From assembly GCA_965228735.1 (NCBI GenBank), contig OZ245838.1:960001-1024000 (forward strand): a stretch of 64,000 nt of DNA, in the 5' to 3' direction. The notes under the pieces are model-generated. The model did no database searches, was not told where the DNA came from, and saw nothing but the letters and a program-made list of their open reading frames with translations. A program made the translations under genes and the position numbers. Position 1 is the first letter of the stretch, and each line of letters begins with the position of its first letter. Of this stretch, positions 29,742-38,642 are shown in pieces. This DNA comes from Planctomycetota bacterium (lineage in GTDB: Bacteria; Planctomycetota; UBA1135; UBA2386).

Positions 29742-32429
29742 ATGGCGGACGGCACTGCCGAGCACGAGCGGCTGCGACTGAGCAAGAACAGGGAGGCCAA
29801 CTGGCACCGGTGGGGTCCGTACCTTTCGGAGCGCCAGTGGGGCACGGTGCGCGAGGACTACTCCCCGGACGGCAACGTCTGGGAGAGCTTCGGCCACGAC
29901 CAGGCGCGCAGCCGGGCGTATCGCTGGGGCGAGGATGGCCTGCTCGGGATCACGGATCGGCGTTGTCGGCTGTGCCTGTCGTTCGCGTTGTGGAACGGCG
30001 CGGACTCGATCCTCAAGGAGCGCCTGTTCGGCCTCACGGGTCCCGAAGGCAACCACGGCGAGGACGTCAAGGAGGAGTACTTCTACGTCGACGCGCTGCC
30101 GACGGCGTCGTGGCTCGTCGCGCTCTACAAGTATCCGCAGCAGAAGTTCCCGTACGACGACCTGCGCGCGGTGAACAAGAAGCGCGGTCGCGACCAGCGC
30201 GAGTACGAGATCAAGGACACCGGGGTGTTCGACGGCGGCTACTTCGACGTCGTCGCGACCTACAGCAAGAGCTCCCCCGACGACATCCTCGTCGAGCTCG
30301 ACGTGCACAACCGCGGCGCGAAGGAAGCGACGCTGCACGTGCTGCCGCAGCTGTGGTTCCGGAACACGTGGGACTGGGGCCGGGATGGTGAGGGCTACTG
30401 GCCGCGCGGTCAGATCCGGCCGGCGTTGCCGAGCGAGGGCGGCCCCGTCGACGGCGCGGCCCGCGTGATCGCACATGGCGCCGATCTGCCGCCGTTCGCG
30501 CTCGATCTCGACCACGTCGAGGGCGGCGAGTTCCGGCGGGTGCTCGCGACGGAGAACGAGACCAACATGGCGCGCGTCTTCGATCTCGAGGTCGACGGGC
30601 CGAAGAAGGACGCGTTCCACGACTTCGTCATCGATGGCGACGAGACCGCGGTCGCGCCCGACGACACGGGGAGCAAGGTCGCGTTCCATTGCGTGCTCGT
30701 CGTGCCGGCCAATGGCACGTCGCGGGTCCGACTGCGGCTGCGGCCGGTCGAGCAGGCCGTCACGATGAAAGCTGCCTTCGGAGCCGCGTTCGGCGCCATC
30801 GTCGCGGCGCGGCGCACGGAGGCCGACGAGTTCTACGCCGCGGTCCTCGGCCGCGCGGCCGCGGACGCAGAGCCGAAGCGGGCCGAGGCTCGCGCGATCC
30901 AGCGCCAGGCGTGCGCGGGGCTCGTGTTCACCAAGCAGTTCTACTTCTACGACGTCGACTCGTGGCTGGCCGGCGATCCGGCGCAGCCCGACCCGCCGCC
31001 GAGCCGCTCCAACGGCCGCAACTCGGACTTCCGGCACCTCTACAACCGCGACGTCATCTCGATGCCGGACAAGTGGGAGTACCCGTGGTACGCGGCCTGG
31101 GACCTCGCGTTCCACATGATCCCGTTCGCGCGGCTCGACGGTGAGTTCGCGAAGGACCAGCTGCTGCTGTTCCTGCGCGAATGGTACATGGCGCCGAACG
31201 GCCAGATCCCGGCCTACGAGTTCGCGCTGCACGATGTCAATCCGCCGGTGCACGCGTGGGCGTGCTGGCGCGTCTACAAGCTCACGGGCAAGCGCGGCGA
31301 ACGCGATCGCGAGTTCCTCGCGCGCGCGTTCCACAAGTTGATGCTCAACTTCGCGTGGTGGGTCAACCAGAAGGACCCGCACGGCAAGCACGTGTTCGGC
31401 GGCGGTTTCCTCGGCCTCGACAACATCGGCGTGTTCGATCGCAGCCAGCCGCTTCCTACCGGGGGGCACCTCGAGCAGGCCGACGGCACGGCGTGGATGG
31501 CGTTCTACTGCGCGACGATGCTCAGCATCGCGCTCGAGCTCGCCGTCGAGGACAAGACCTACGCGGACATCGCGTCGCGCTTCTTCGAGCACTTCGTCGC
31601 GATCAGCCACGCGATCAACTCGCTCGGCGGCAGCGGCCTCTGGGACGAGGAGGACGGCTTCTACTACGACCAGATCTATCGCGACGGCGCCGGCGAACGC
31701 CTGCGGATCCGCTCGCTCGTCGGGCTGCTGCCGCTGTGCGCGGTCGAGGTGCTCGACATGGATCGCATCGCGCAGCTCCCGGGGTTCAGCAAGCGCCTCG
31801 ACTGGTTCCTGAAGAACGAGCGTGAGCTCGCCCAGCGGGTGACGTTCGGCAGCGTCGACGGTCGCGAGTCGGCCCTGCTCGCCCTGCCGTCGCGCAGTCA
31901 ACTCGAACGCGTGCTGAAACGGCTGTGTGACGAGGCCGAGTTCCTGTCGCCATTCGGCATCCGCTCGATGTCGAAGGCGCACCAGAAGCACCCGTTCAAG
32001 ATGACCATCGACGGCCGCGAGCACCGGGTCGACTACGTGCCGGGCGAGAGCACGACGCAGATGTTCGGCGGCAACAGCAACTGGCGCGGGCCCGTCTGGT
32101 TCCCGATCAATTACCTGATCATCGAGGCGCTCGAGCGCTACGCCCGGTTCTACGACGACTCGCTGCTCGTCGAGTATCCGACCGGGTCGGGCAAGCGGCG
32201 GTCGCTCGACTACATCGCGAAGGATCTCGGGCAGCGCCTCACCGGGTTGTTCCGCCGCGATCCGGACGGGCGCCGGCCGTTCGCCGGCGACGACGCCCGG
32301 TTCACGGACGATCCGTACTACCGCGATTTGCTCTGGTTCCACGAGTTCTTCGACGGCGACACGGGTCGCGGCTGCGGCGCGAGTCACCAGACGGGGTGGA
32401 CGGCACTCGTGGCCCGCCTGTTCGATTGA
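29742..32429 (+). CDS. Glycoside hydrolase family 63-like (MGH1-like) glucosidase
   Basis: WGPYLSERQWGTVREDYS, EGNHGEDVKE, SMPDKWEYPWYAAWDLAFH, EQADGTAWM, NSNWRGPVWFP, GASHQTGWT. Confidence 0.9.
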   Translation: MADGTAEHERLRLSKNREANWHRWGPYLSERQWGTVREDYSPDGNVWESFGHDQARSRAYRWGEDGLLGITDRRCRLCLSFALWNGADSILKERLFGLTGPEGNHGEDVKEEYFYVDALPTASWLVALYKYPQQKFPYDDLRAVNKKRGRDQREYEIKDTGVFDGGYFDVVATYSKSSPDDILVELDVHNRGAKEATLHVLPQLWFRNTWDWGRDGEGYWPRGQIRPALPSEGGPVDGAARVIAHGADLPPFALDLDHVEGGEFRRVLATENETNMARVFDLEVDGPKKDAFHDFVIDGDETAVAPDDTGSKVAFHCVLVVPANGTSRVRLRLRPVEQAVTMKAAFGAAFGAIVAARRTEADEFYAAVLGRAAADAEPKRAEARAIQRQACAGLVFTKQFYFYDVDSWLAGDPAQPDPPPSRSNGRNSDFRHLYNRDVISMPDKWEYPWYAAWDLAFHMIPFARLDGEFAKDQLLLFLREWYMAPNGQIPAYEFALHDVNPPVHAWACWRVYKLTGKRGERDREFLARAFHKLMLNFAWWVNQKDPHGKHVFGGGFLGLDNIGVFDRSQPLPTGGHLEQADGTAWMAFYCATMLSIALELAVEDKTYADIASRFFEHFVAISHAINSLGGSGLWDEEDGFYYDQIYRDGAGERLRIRSLVGLLPLCAVEVLDMDRIAQLPGFSKRLDWFLKNERELAQRVTFGSVDGRESALLALPSRSQLERVLKRLCDEAEFLSPFGIRSMSKAHQKHPFKMTIDGREHRVDYVPGESTTQMFGGNSNWRGPVWFPINYLIIEALERYARFYDDSLLVEYPTGSGKRRSLDYIAKDLGQRLTGLFRRDPDGRRPFAGDDARFTDDPYYRDLLWFHEFFDGDTGRGCGASHQTGWTALVARLFD

Positions 32430-32436
32430 GGCCGGC

Positions 32437-32964
32437 ATGCGCACGATCCCGATCCCGATATTGGCTCTCCTGCTCGGCGCGACCGCCTGCGCATTGCCCG
32501 ACGCGCCGGGTGGCCAAGGCGTCGTTTACACCCAGCACGTCTACATCGAGGGTGACTACGACGAGGTGTGGCGGCACCTGACGACCAAGGACGGGTTCCG
32601 CGACTGGTACACGGTGCCGTGCCGGCAGTTCGATCCGACGCCCGGGAGCGAGCTGATCTGGGGCACCGACGACCGCGTGGTCTACCGCGGTCGCCTGCTC
32701 GAGATCGAGAAGGGGCGGGGCGTGGCCTGGGAGTTCCGGTTCGTCGGTTTCGACTTCGACGAGCCCATGGCGCGCGTCGACATCGACGTCGTGGCATGCG
32801 GCCCGACGGTGCTCGTGAGCGCGCGGCACGACCTGACCGCGGCGCCGGCGACGGCCGCGATGATCTCGCCGGTCGGCTGGGCCAAGCCGCTGTCGCGCCT
32901 CAAGACGCTGATCGAGACGGGCAAGCCGATGCCGTGGCCGGTCGACGCCGTCATCGAGCGCTGA
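32437..32964 (+). CDS. SRPBCC/AHSA1-like predicted lipoprotein
   Basis: Lipobox ATAC; EVWRHLT...WY; GWAKPLSRLKTLIETG C-terminal helix. Confidence 0.78.
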   Translation: MRTIPIPILALLLGATACALPDAPGGQGVVYTQHVYIEGDYDEVWRHLTTKDGFRDWYTVPCRQFDPTPGSELIWGTDDRVVYRGRLLEIEKGRGVAWEFRFVGFDFDEPMARVDIDVVACGPTVLVSARHDLTAAPATAAMISPVGWAKPLSRLKTLIETGKPMPWPVDAVIER

Positions 32965-32970
32965 CGGGTC

Positions 32971-33000
32971 GCGAACGGCCGCACTCGTTCGCTACTTCTT
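32971..33000. terminator. Candidate hairpin terminator between convergent genes
   Basis: GCGAACG (32971-32977) / CGTTCGC (32986-32992) perfect 7-bp stem with an 8-nt loop, followed by TACTTCTT. Confidence 0.4.
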
Positions 33001-33007
33001 CGGGGCG

Positions 33008-35869
33008 CTACTTCTTTTGTTGGGGCAGCCGCGCGAGCGCCTGCTGCAGCTTGTCGAGGTCGAGCGCGACGGTGACCGGGGACGTCTGCGTGCCGTCGGC
33101 CTTCAGTTCGTATTCGCCGAGCTCGACGGAGACCTGACGGCTCTTGGTCGACTGCGTCGCGTGCACCCGCAGCACGATGCGATACTTGCCGCTCTGCACG
33201 ACCGGGACCTGGACGAGATCGCTCGCCTCGAGCCACGCGCCCGTGCTCTTGCCGAGATCCCAGCGCGGGAACGAGAAGCGATTGCCCGTGCGCTGGTCGA
33301 GGCCGCTCAGCGACTGGGGGTAGCCGGAGTCGCCGCTGAGGATCACCGACACCCGGATCTTGCGATCCGGGCCGCAGAGCTGGCGCGCGCCGGGCACGAG
33401 CACCTGCGCCGGCACGACCCGTTCCATCGTCACCGCGTGCTCGCCGGGCGAGAGCTGCGTCTCGAGCGGCTTGCAGCCGGGCGCGAACGACACGAGGTCG
33501 ACGACCGAGCTGCTCGCGTAGAAGTCGGCGCGGCCACGTTGCCAGCGCAGCCCCGAATTCTGCACGCGCCCGTCGGGGTCGCGCCAACGCAGCATCAGCG
33601 GACTGTCGATGCGCAGCCGGTTGCCGCGCGGATCGACCGCGCGCAGGCGGTAGCGGAACACGCTCTGGCGCAGGTCGATCGTCGTCAGGCGCGGGTCGCG
33701 GACCTCGCCGGGCGTCACGTAGACGTCCTTCACCGTGAGAACCGGCTGCTTGATGCTGCGCAGCGTGACGATCGCGTCATAGCGGCCGGCGTGCAGCGGC
33801 TCGACCTCGAAGCGCCCGCCGCGCCGGCGCGAGAGCTGGACGCGCCGCGTGCGTGTCCCCTGCAGCTGGGACTCGATCGGCTTCAGCGTCAGCGTCGCGC
33901 ACTCGTTCGGCAGGCCGCGCGGCAGCAGCGCGCGCCCGCGCAGGAAGCCGTTGCGATCGATCCGGATGCGAAACGTCTGGCCCGGGCCGTTCCACGCCAC
34001 GGTGTCGGCGAGGTGCTGGTCGCTGTCCGCTTCGAGTCGCAGCTCGCTGCCGGTGGGGAAGCGCCCCCGCAGTTCGAACGTGCCGTCCGCGGCCGTCCGC
34101 GTCCGCAGGAACGGCACGTTGCGCCAGCGCTCTGCCCGCTGCTGCAGCATCCGAAACCGCTCCAGCTGGAACTGCTGCTCGCGCAGCTGCACCGGCAGCT
34201 GATTGAGCTGGAACGGCGTGCGCGGGCGCGAGCGATTGCCGGGCGGGCTCGGGCGCTTGAACTGGGCGACGACCGTCGCCCGTGGGATCGGCTGGCCGCG
34301 ATCATCGACGACGACGCCGCTGCAGAGGACCGGCAGCTCGCCGAGCACGATCTCGCCGAGCTCCCGGCGGACCTTGCCGGCGGGCGGCTGGAAGTCGACG
34401 CGCGCGCCGACTCGCGTCTGCGGTGCGCGTCCGCTGGCCGCCGGCCCTCCGTCCGTCGGCCCTCCGTCCGTCGGCTGGGGGGCAGTCGGAACGCTGAGGT
34501 TGAACTCGAGGGCCAGCGCCGATTGGGTGCGCGGGCTCTGCACTGCGTCGAAGTGGCCCGTCGCGGTGGTGTGCAGGCGCACGCTGCCCGCGTTCTTGTC
34601 GCCGTCCCACAGCACGGCGACGACGGCGCGATCGGCGATTGGCGAGCCGTCGGCCAGCACGAGTCGGCCCGCGAGCAGCCCGAAGCGCTCGGGCAGCTTC
34701 ATCGTGACCTGTAGCGGTGCGGTCGTGTCAGCGGTCGCCGGCGGGACCGTGATCGGCTCGCCGATGGCGGCGCGACGTTCGCTCTCGAACCGCGCGACCG
34801 GTCGCAGCTCGGTCCCGAGTCCGAGGTGGTCGAAGCGCACGGGGTCCGGGCCGACGGGCTTCGCTCGACGTTCCGCCGCCATGTGGCCGGCGGACGGATA
34901 CCCGCTCCGGTGCTCCTGCGGCTGCACGGGCGTGAAGCTCACCCTCGCCGGGCTCAGCAGCGGCTCGCCCTGATGATCGGCGAGCAGCAGCTCGACCGCG
35001 CCGAGCGGCGGCACGACGAGCTCGATCGGGTCCGGCGGCGCCGGCCGGCCGTCGAACTCCACGAGCACGGGGGCCGGCGTCGCGGCCTGCACCGCAGCGG
35101 CGAACCGCTCCTTCTGCCCGTTGCGTCGGCGCTCGCGCAGATACTGGAAGTGGGGCGCGACCGCGCGGCCATCCGGGCCGCTCTCGCCGCGCCAGATCGT
35201 GTCGCCGCCGCGCTTCCTGCTGTCGCCGCGGTGCTGCAGCAACGCGACGGGGATGCCGGGCACGAAGCGTTCCTCGGTGTCGCGGACCAGGATCGTGACC
35301 GTCTCGTCGGCCCGCAGCGTCACGGTCGCCGTGCGGTTGCCGGGCCGGGCGACGCCGAACCCGAAGCGGTCCCCGTGGCGCGCTGCGACGAGGAACGTGC
35401 GCCGCGTCGGTCGCAGGATCGCGATCCCATCGGTGCCGGTCTCGCTGCGGTCGCCGCAGAACTCGGGCCACTCGAGGCGGCGGGCCGGCAGGTCGTCGCC
35501 GCGCCGCTCCATCGCCTCACCGACCGTGACGAACAGCACCTCGGCGCCCGCGACCGGCTGTGCGGGGTCGCCGTCGACGACGAGCACGCGCGGGGCCGCG
35601 CTAGCTTCGCTCGCGTCGATCGGCACCTCGTCGCGGAGGTTCGACAGGTCGGGCAGCTCGAGGTCTGACGCGGCCGTATCCTCGCTCGTGGTCGAGGCTT
35701 GGGCCGGCGCGGGGCCCGGAGTGGTCGGCTCCTCGGCGGCGGCGGGCGGCGGCCCGGGGCGAACGGGGGCGGGTTCGTCGGCGCCGCCGAATCCGAGCCA
35801 CAGCACGCCGAGCGCGGCCGCCAGCAGCAGCAGCGCGATCGGCAGCAGGGGCTTCGTGTCAGCGGCCAT
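33008..35869 (-). CDS. Membrane-anchored protein with carboxypeptidase regulatory-like beta-sandwich repeats
   Basis: N-terminal TM plus Pro-rich linker; GVVVDDRGQPIPRATV, TAADGTFELRG, GGRFEVEPLHAGRY. Confidence 0.7.
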   Translation of the reverse strand: MAADTKPLLPIALLLLAAALGVLWLGFGGADEPAPVRPGPPPAAAEEPTTPGPAPAQASTTSEDTAASDLELPDLSNLRDEVPIDASEASAAPRVLVVDGDPAQPVAGAEVLFVTVGEAMERRGDDLPARRLEWPEFCGDRSETGTDGIAILRPTRRTFLVAARHGDRFGFGVARPGNRTATVTLRADETVTILVRDTEERFVPGIPVALLQHRGDSRKRGGDTIWRGESGPDGRAVAPHFQYLRERRRNGQKERFAAAVQAATPAPVLVEFDGRPAPPDPIELVVPPLGAVELLLADHQGEPLLSPARVSFTPVQPQEHRSGYPSAGHMAAERRAKPVGPDPVRFDHLGLGTELRPVARFESERRAAIGEPITVPPATADTTAPLQVTMKLPERFGLLAGRLVLADGSPIADRAVVAVLWDGDKNAGSVRLHTTATGHFDAVQSPRTQSALALEFNLSVPTAPQPTDGGPTDGGPAASGRAPQTRVGARVDFQPPAGKVRRELGEIVLGELPVLCSGVVVDDRGQPIPRATVVAQFKRPSPPGNRSRPRTPFQLNQLPVQLREQQFQLERFRMLQQRAERWRNVPFLRTRTAADGTFELRGRFPTGSELRLEADSDQHLADTVAWNGPGQTFRIRIDRNGFLRGRALLPRGLPNECATLTLKPIESQLQGTRTRRVQLSRRRGGRFEVEPLHAGRYDAIVTLRSIKQPVLTVKDVYVTPGEVRDPRLTTIDLRQSVFRYRLRAVDPRGNRLRIDSPLMLRWRDPDGRVQNSGLRWQRGRADFYASSSVVDLVSFAPGCKPLETQLSPGEHAVTMERVVPAQVLVPGARQLCGPDRKIRVSVILSGDSGYPQSLSGLDQRTGNRFSFPRWDLGKSTGAWLEASDLVQVPVVQSGKYRIVLRVHATQSTKSRQVSVELGEYELKADGTQTSPVTVALDLDKLQQALARLPQQKK
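34442..34475. repeat. 15-bp in-frame tandem duplication (PTDGG x2)
   Basis: CGGCCCTCCGTCCGT occurs twice back to back, within a linker. Confidence 0.8.
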
Positions 35870-36040
35870 CGGGTGGTTCGACGGGAGTTGTAACCCAGGA
35901 CTCCGGCCGAAGCGGCGGGACAACTGTGGCGGCTTGGTAACCGGAGCCCCCGCGCCGGGCTACGGGCGGTCCGAACCCGAATCTGGCGGTCAATTCCGTG
36001 CCCGCAACTGCCGATGATGTCGACAGCTTCGATCCGTTCT

Positions 36041-36068
36041 TTGCCCGCACGGCGTAGGCACCTAGAGT
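36041..36068 (+). promoter_or_regulatory. Candidate sigma-70 promoter of the EPS/exosortase operon
   Basis: TTGCCC, 16-nt spacer, TAGAGT; a second TAGACT box lies about 15 nt downstream. Confidence 0.35.
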
Positions 36069-36105
36069 GCTGGAGGCTAGACTACTTTGCGAGGCAAACC
36101 TCATC

Positions 36106-36933
36106 GTGACAGAGACCCCACAATCGCTGCCCTCGACGTCGCTCCAGGCCAAGGTCGCGCTGCTCGCTGTGTTCTGCGCCTGTCTGCTCGGGGGCTGCAC
36201 GCCGCTCGAGGAGAAGCGCATCGCGCAGCTGCGGCACGAGAAGGGGTTCGGGACGCGCGCCGAAGGTGACGCGACCCTCGAGGACTACGTCGGTGGCCTC
36301 GACACGATCCAGTTCCTGATCTCGCCGACCGAGCTCATGCTGCCGGGCCGTGAGCGGCTCATCGAGCTCACGGCCGCGCAGCCGATCGGCATCGACGGCA
36401 CGATCTACGTGCCCTACGTCGGCCCAGTCTACGTGCTGGGCTACACCGAGACGGAGCTCGCCGCGTTGATCAAGACGCACCTGCGCTCGGTGTTCCGGAA
36501 CGAGATCGACCTGCAGGCGCGCATCATCGTGTCGCAGAAGTTCTTCTACGGCGTCGGCGAGGTCGCGCGGAAGGGGCCGCAGCTGCTGCAGCCCGACATG
36601 ACGTTCTTCCGCGCGATGTTCTCGGTCGGCTGGACCAACTTCGCGAACCTCGGCCGGGTGTATCTGATCCGGCCCGACGCGGAGGCGCCGCTCGTCGTCG
36701 ACATCAACTTCCGCGAGATGATCCTCACGGGCCTCACGGAGTACAACATCCAGATGCGCGAGAACGACATCGTCTACATCCCGCCGACCGTGCTCGGCGT
36801 GGTCGGGCGCGTGCTGCAGCGCATCACCGAACCGCTCGGCCTCGCCGTGCGCACCCTGTTCGGCGTCGCGCAGATCCGCACGTCCTACGAGGTCGCGACC
36901 GGGCAGCGGCAGCAGATCTTCTTCCGCTTCTGA
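36106..36933 (+). CDS. Polysaccharide biosynthesis/export (Wza/OPX-like) lipoprotein
   Basis: Lipobox LLGGC; PES motif IGIDGTIYVPYVGPVYVLGYT; SLBB-like GEVARKG...NIQMRENDIVYIP. Confidence 0.88.
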   Translation: MTETPQSLPSTSLQAKVALLAVFCACLLGGCTPLEEKRIAQLRHEKGFGTRAEGDATLEDYVGGLDTIQFLISPTELMLPGRERLIELTAAQPIGIDGTIYVPYVGPVYVLGYTETELAALIKTHLRSVFRNEIDLQARIIVSQKFFYGVGEVARKGPQLLQPDMTFFRAMFSVGWTNFANLGRVYLIRPDAEAPLVVDINFREMILTGLTEYNIQMRENDIVYIPPTVLGVVGRVLQRITEPLGLAVRTLFGVAQIRTSYEVATGQRQQIFFRF

Positions 36934-36973
36934 TGAGCCCGACCCGATGAGCCAGACGCGATGAGCCAGACGC
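36932..36973 (+). repeat. 14-bp tandem repeat x3 spanning the wza stop and the co-polymerase start
   Basis: GATGAGCCCGACCC / GATGAGCCAGACGC / GATGAGCCAGACGC. Confidence 0.9.
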
Positions 36974-38586
36974 CGCAGCTCGACATCCCGCAGATCTCGG
37001 TAGCGCGCTACCTGGATCTGCTGAAGCGTCGGCGTTGGCAGGTGATCCCGATGTCGCTGCTCGGGCTGCTCATCGGCGGCATCGTCGCGTTCTTCATCCC
37101 GCGCTACTACGTCGCGACCGCGAGTATCGCGTACGAACACCCGCCCGGGCACACGGACATCGACCGCGAGGACCCGTTCGGCGCGATCATCGCGTCGGCC
37201 AAGCTCACGATCCCGCGCGCGATCGAGGCCACGATCAAGGACCTCGGCTGGCCCGAGTCGATCACGACGGACCCCTACGTACTCGGGCAGAACGTCGCGG
37301 ACATCGACGAGCGGCTGTCGATCGTGCCGATCGGCAACAACAGCGAGCGCGCGTACGCGCTGATCCGGGTCACCTACAAGGACCGCGACGGCGAGCGCGC
37401 GGCCGCGTTCCTCAACAAGCTCGTGCTCACCTGGATCGAGCAGCGCCAGGCCCAGCTGATGGAGAACGCCCGCGCGCGGCTCGGGAGCGCCCTCGCCGAT
37501 CACAAGCGTCACAATACGGCCTACAACGACTTCATCGAGCAGCGGCGGCAGCTGCAGCAGACCTATCGGATCCAGCCGGACTCCCTGCCGATCGAACAGA
37601 TGCAGCGCGTTGTCGGCGGCGTTCTGATGGACAGCTTCCAGGCGCGGGCGGACATGCTGCGCGATGCTCGCGTCGAGGTGGCGGGGCTGAGCAAGCAACT
37701 CGAGATCGCGCAGGAGAAGCTGAAGGGCCTCACTGCGCGGGTGCCGCTGAGTCTGCCGATGCTCATGGAGACGGCGGGCAAGACCGAGCAAGGCAAGGCC
37801 TTGCTGGTCGGGATCGCCAGCGCCCAGATGGCGATCGAAGGGTTCAATCCTGGCTCGCCGCATATCGCCACGTATCAGCGTCGGATCGATACCTACATGG
37901 CGCAGCTGCGCGAGCTCGGCAAGACGCCCGAGATGGACGAGAACGGGCTCGTGCCGAATCCGGTCTACGACGCGCAGAAGGAGATCGTCGAGACGCTCGA
38001 GGGCAAGCTTGCCAAAGCGCAGGCGACGGTCCCCGTGCTCGAAGGCCAGCTTGCGCAGGAGCGCGAGAATCTCGCGCGCAAGGCGGAGGGCTTCGCGCTG
38101 TACTCCAAGGTCGAGGACCAGCTCGAGCAGGCCAAGGAGAAGGTGACCGCGGCCAACGACCGCGCCGCGCTCGAGCGCAGTTACCTGACGCAGCTCGAGA
38201 GCGAGCCGCCGATCCGGCGCGAGCAGGAAGCGCGCGTGCCGCCGGCGCCGACGGAGCCCAATCTCGTGCTCGTCGCATTGCTCGGCTGTGTGATCGGACT
38301 CTTCGCCGCGACCGCCCTCGTGCTGCTGCTCGACGTCCTGCGCGGCACGTTCAAGACCGTCGAGGAGGTCGACCGCGCGCTCACCGTCCCGGTGCTCGGT
38401 GGCGTGAGCTTCCTCGAGACCGACGCGCAGCGGCGGGAGGTCGCGCGATCGCGGCGCCGCGCGACGATCGTCGCCGCGGCCTTCCTCATGCTGATCGGCG
38501 GCGTCGTTCTCATCTACTACTTCGACCCGACCCGGCTGCCGACCGTCGTGCGCGACATGCTCTCGATGGTGCTCGGCACCGCGTGA
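36961..38586 (+). CDS. Polysaccharide chain-length determinant / co-polymerase (Wzz/GumC-like, no kinase domain)
   Basis: YLDLLKRRRW plus TM, periplasmic coiled coil with NPVY, ARVPPAPTEPN plus TM, VDRALTVPVLG. Confidence 0.88.
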   Translation: MSQTPQLDIPQISVARYLDLLKRRRWQVIPMSLLGLLIGGIVAFFIPRYYVATASIAYEHPPGHTDIDREDPFGAIIASAKLTIPRAIEATIKDLGWPESITTDPYVLGQNVADIDERLSIVPIGNNSERAYALIRVTYKDRDGERAAAFLNKLVLTWIEQRQAQLMENARARLGSALADHKRHNTAYNDFIEQRRQLQQTYRIQPDSLPIEQMQRVVGGVLMDSFQARADMLRDARVEVAGLSKQLEIAQEKLKGLTARVPLSLPMLMETAGKTEQGKALLVGIASAQMAIEGFNPGSPHIATYQRRIDTYMAQLRELGKTPEMDENGLVPNPVYDAQKEIVETLEGKLAKAQATVPVLEGQLAQERENLARKAEGFALYSKVEDQLEQAKEKVTAANDRAALERSYLTQLESEPPIRREQEARVPPAPTEPNLVLVALLGCVIGLFAATALVLLLDVLRGTFKTVEEVDRALTVPVLGGVSFLETDAQRREVARSRRRATIVAAAFLMLIGGVVLIYYFDPTRLPTVVRDMLSMVLGTA

Positions 38587-38642
38587 CGTCCGGAACCCGG
38601 TTCCACGGCGCCCCAGGAGACCTCCGGCCGACGACCTGAACG

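Noticed and set aside
35870..36105. Sigma-54 (-24/-12) promoter for the EPS operon
   Set aside because: Near matches (GGCACG-gaa-TTGA on the minus strand; TGGCGG) lack the required GG-N10-GC spacing.
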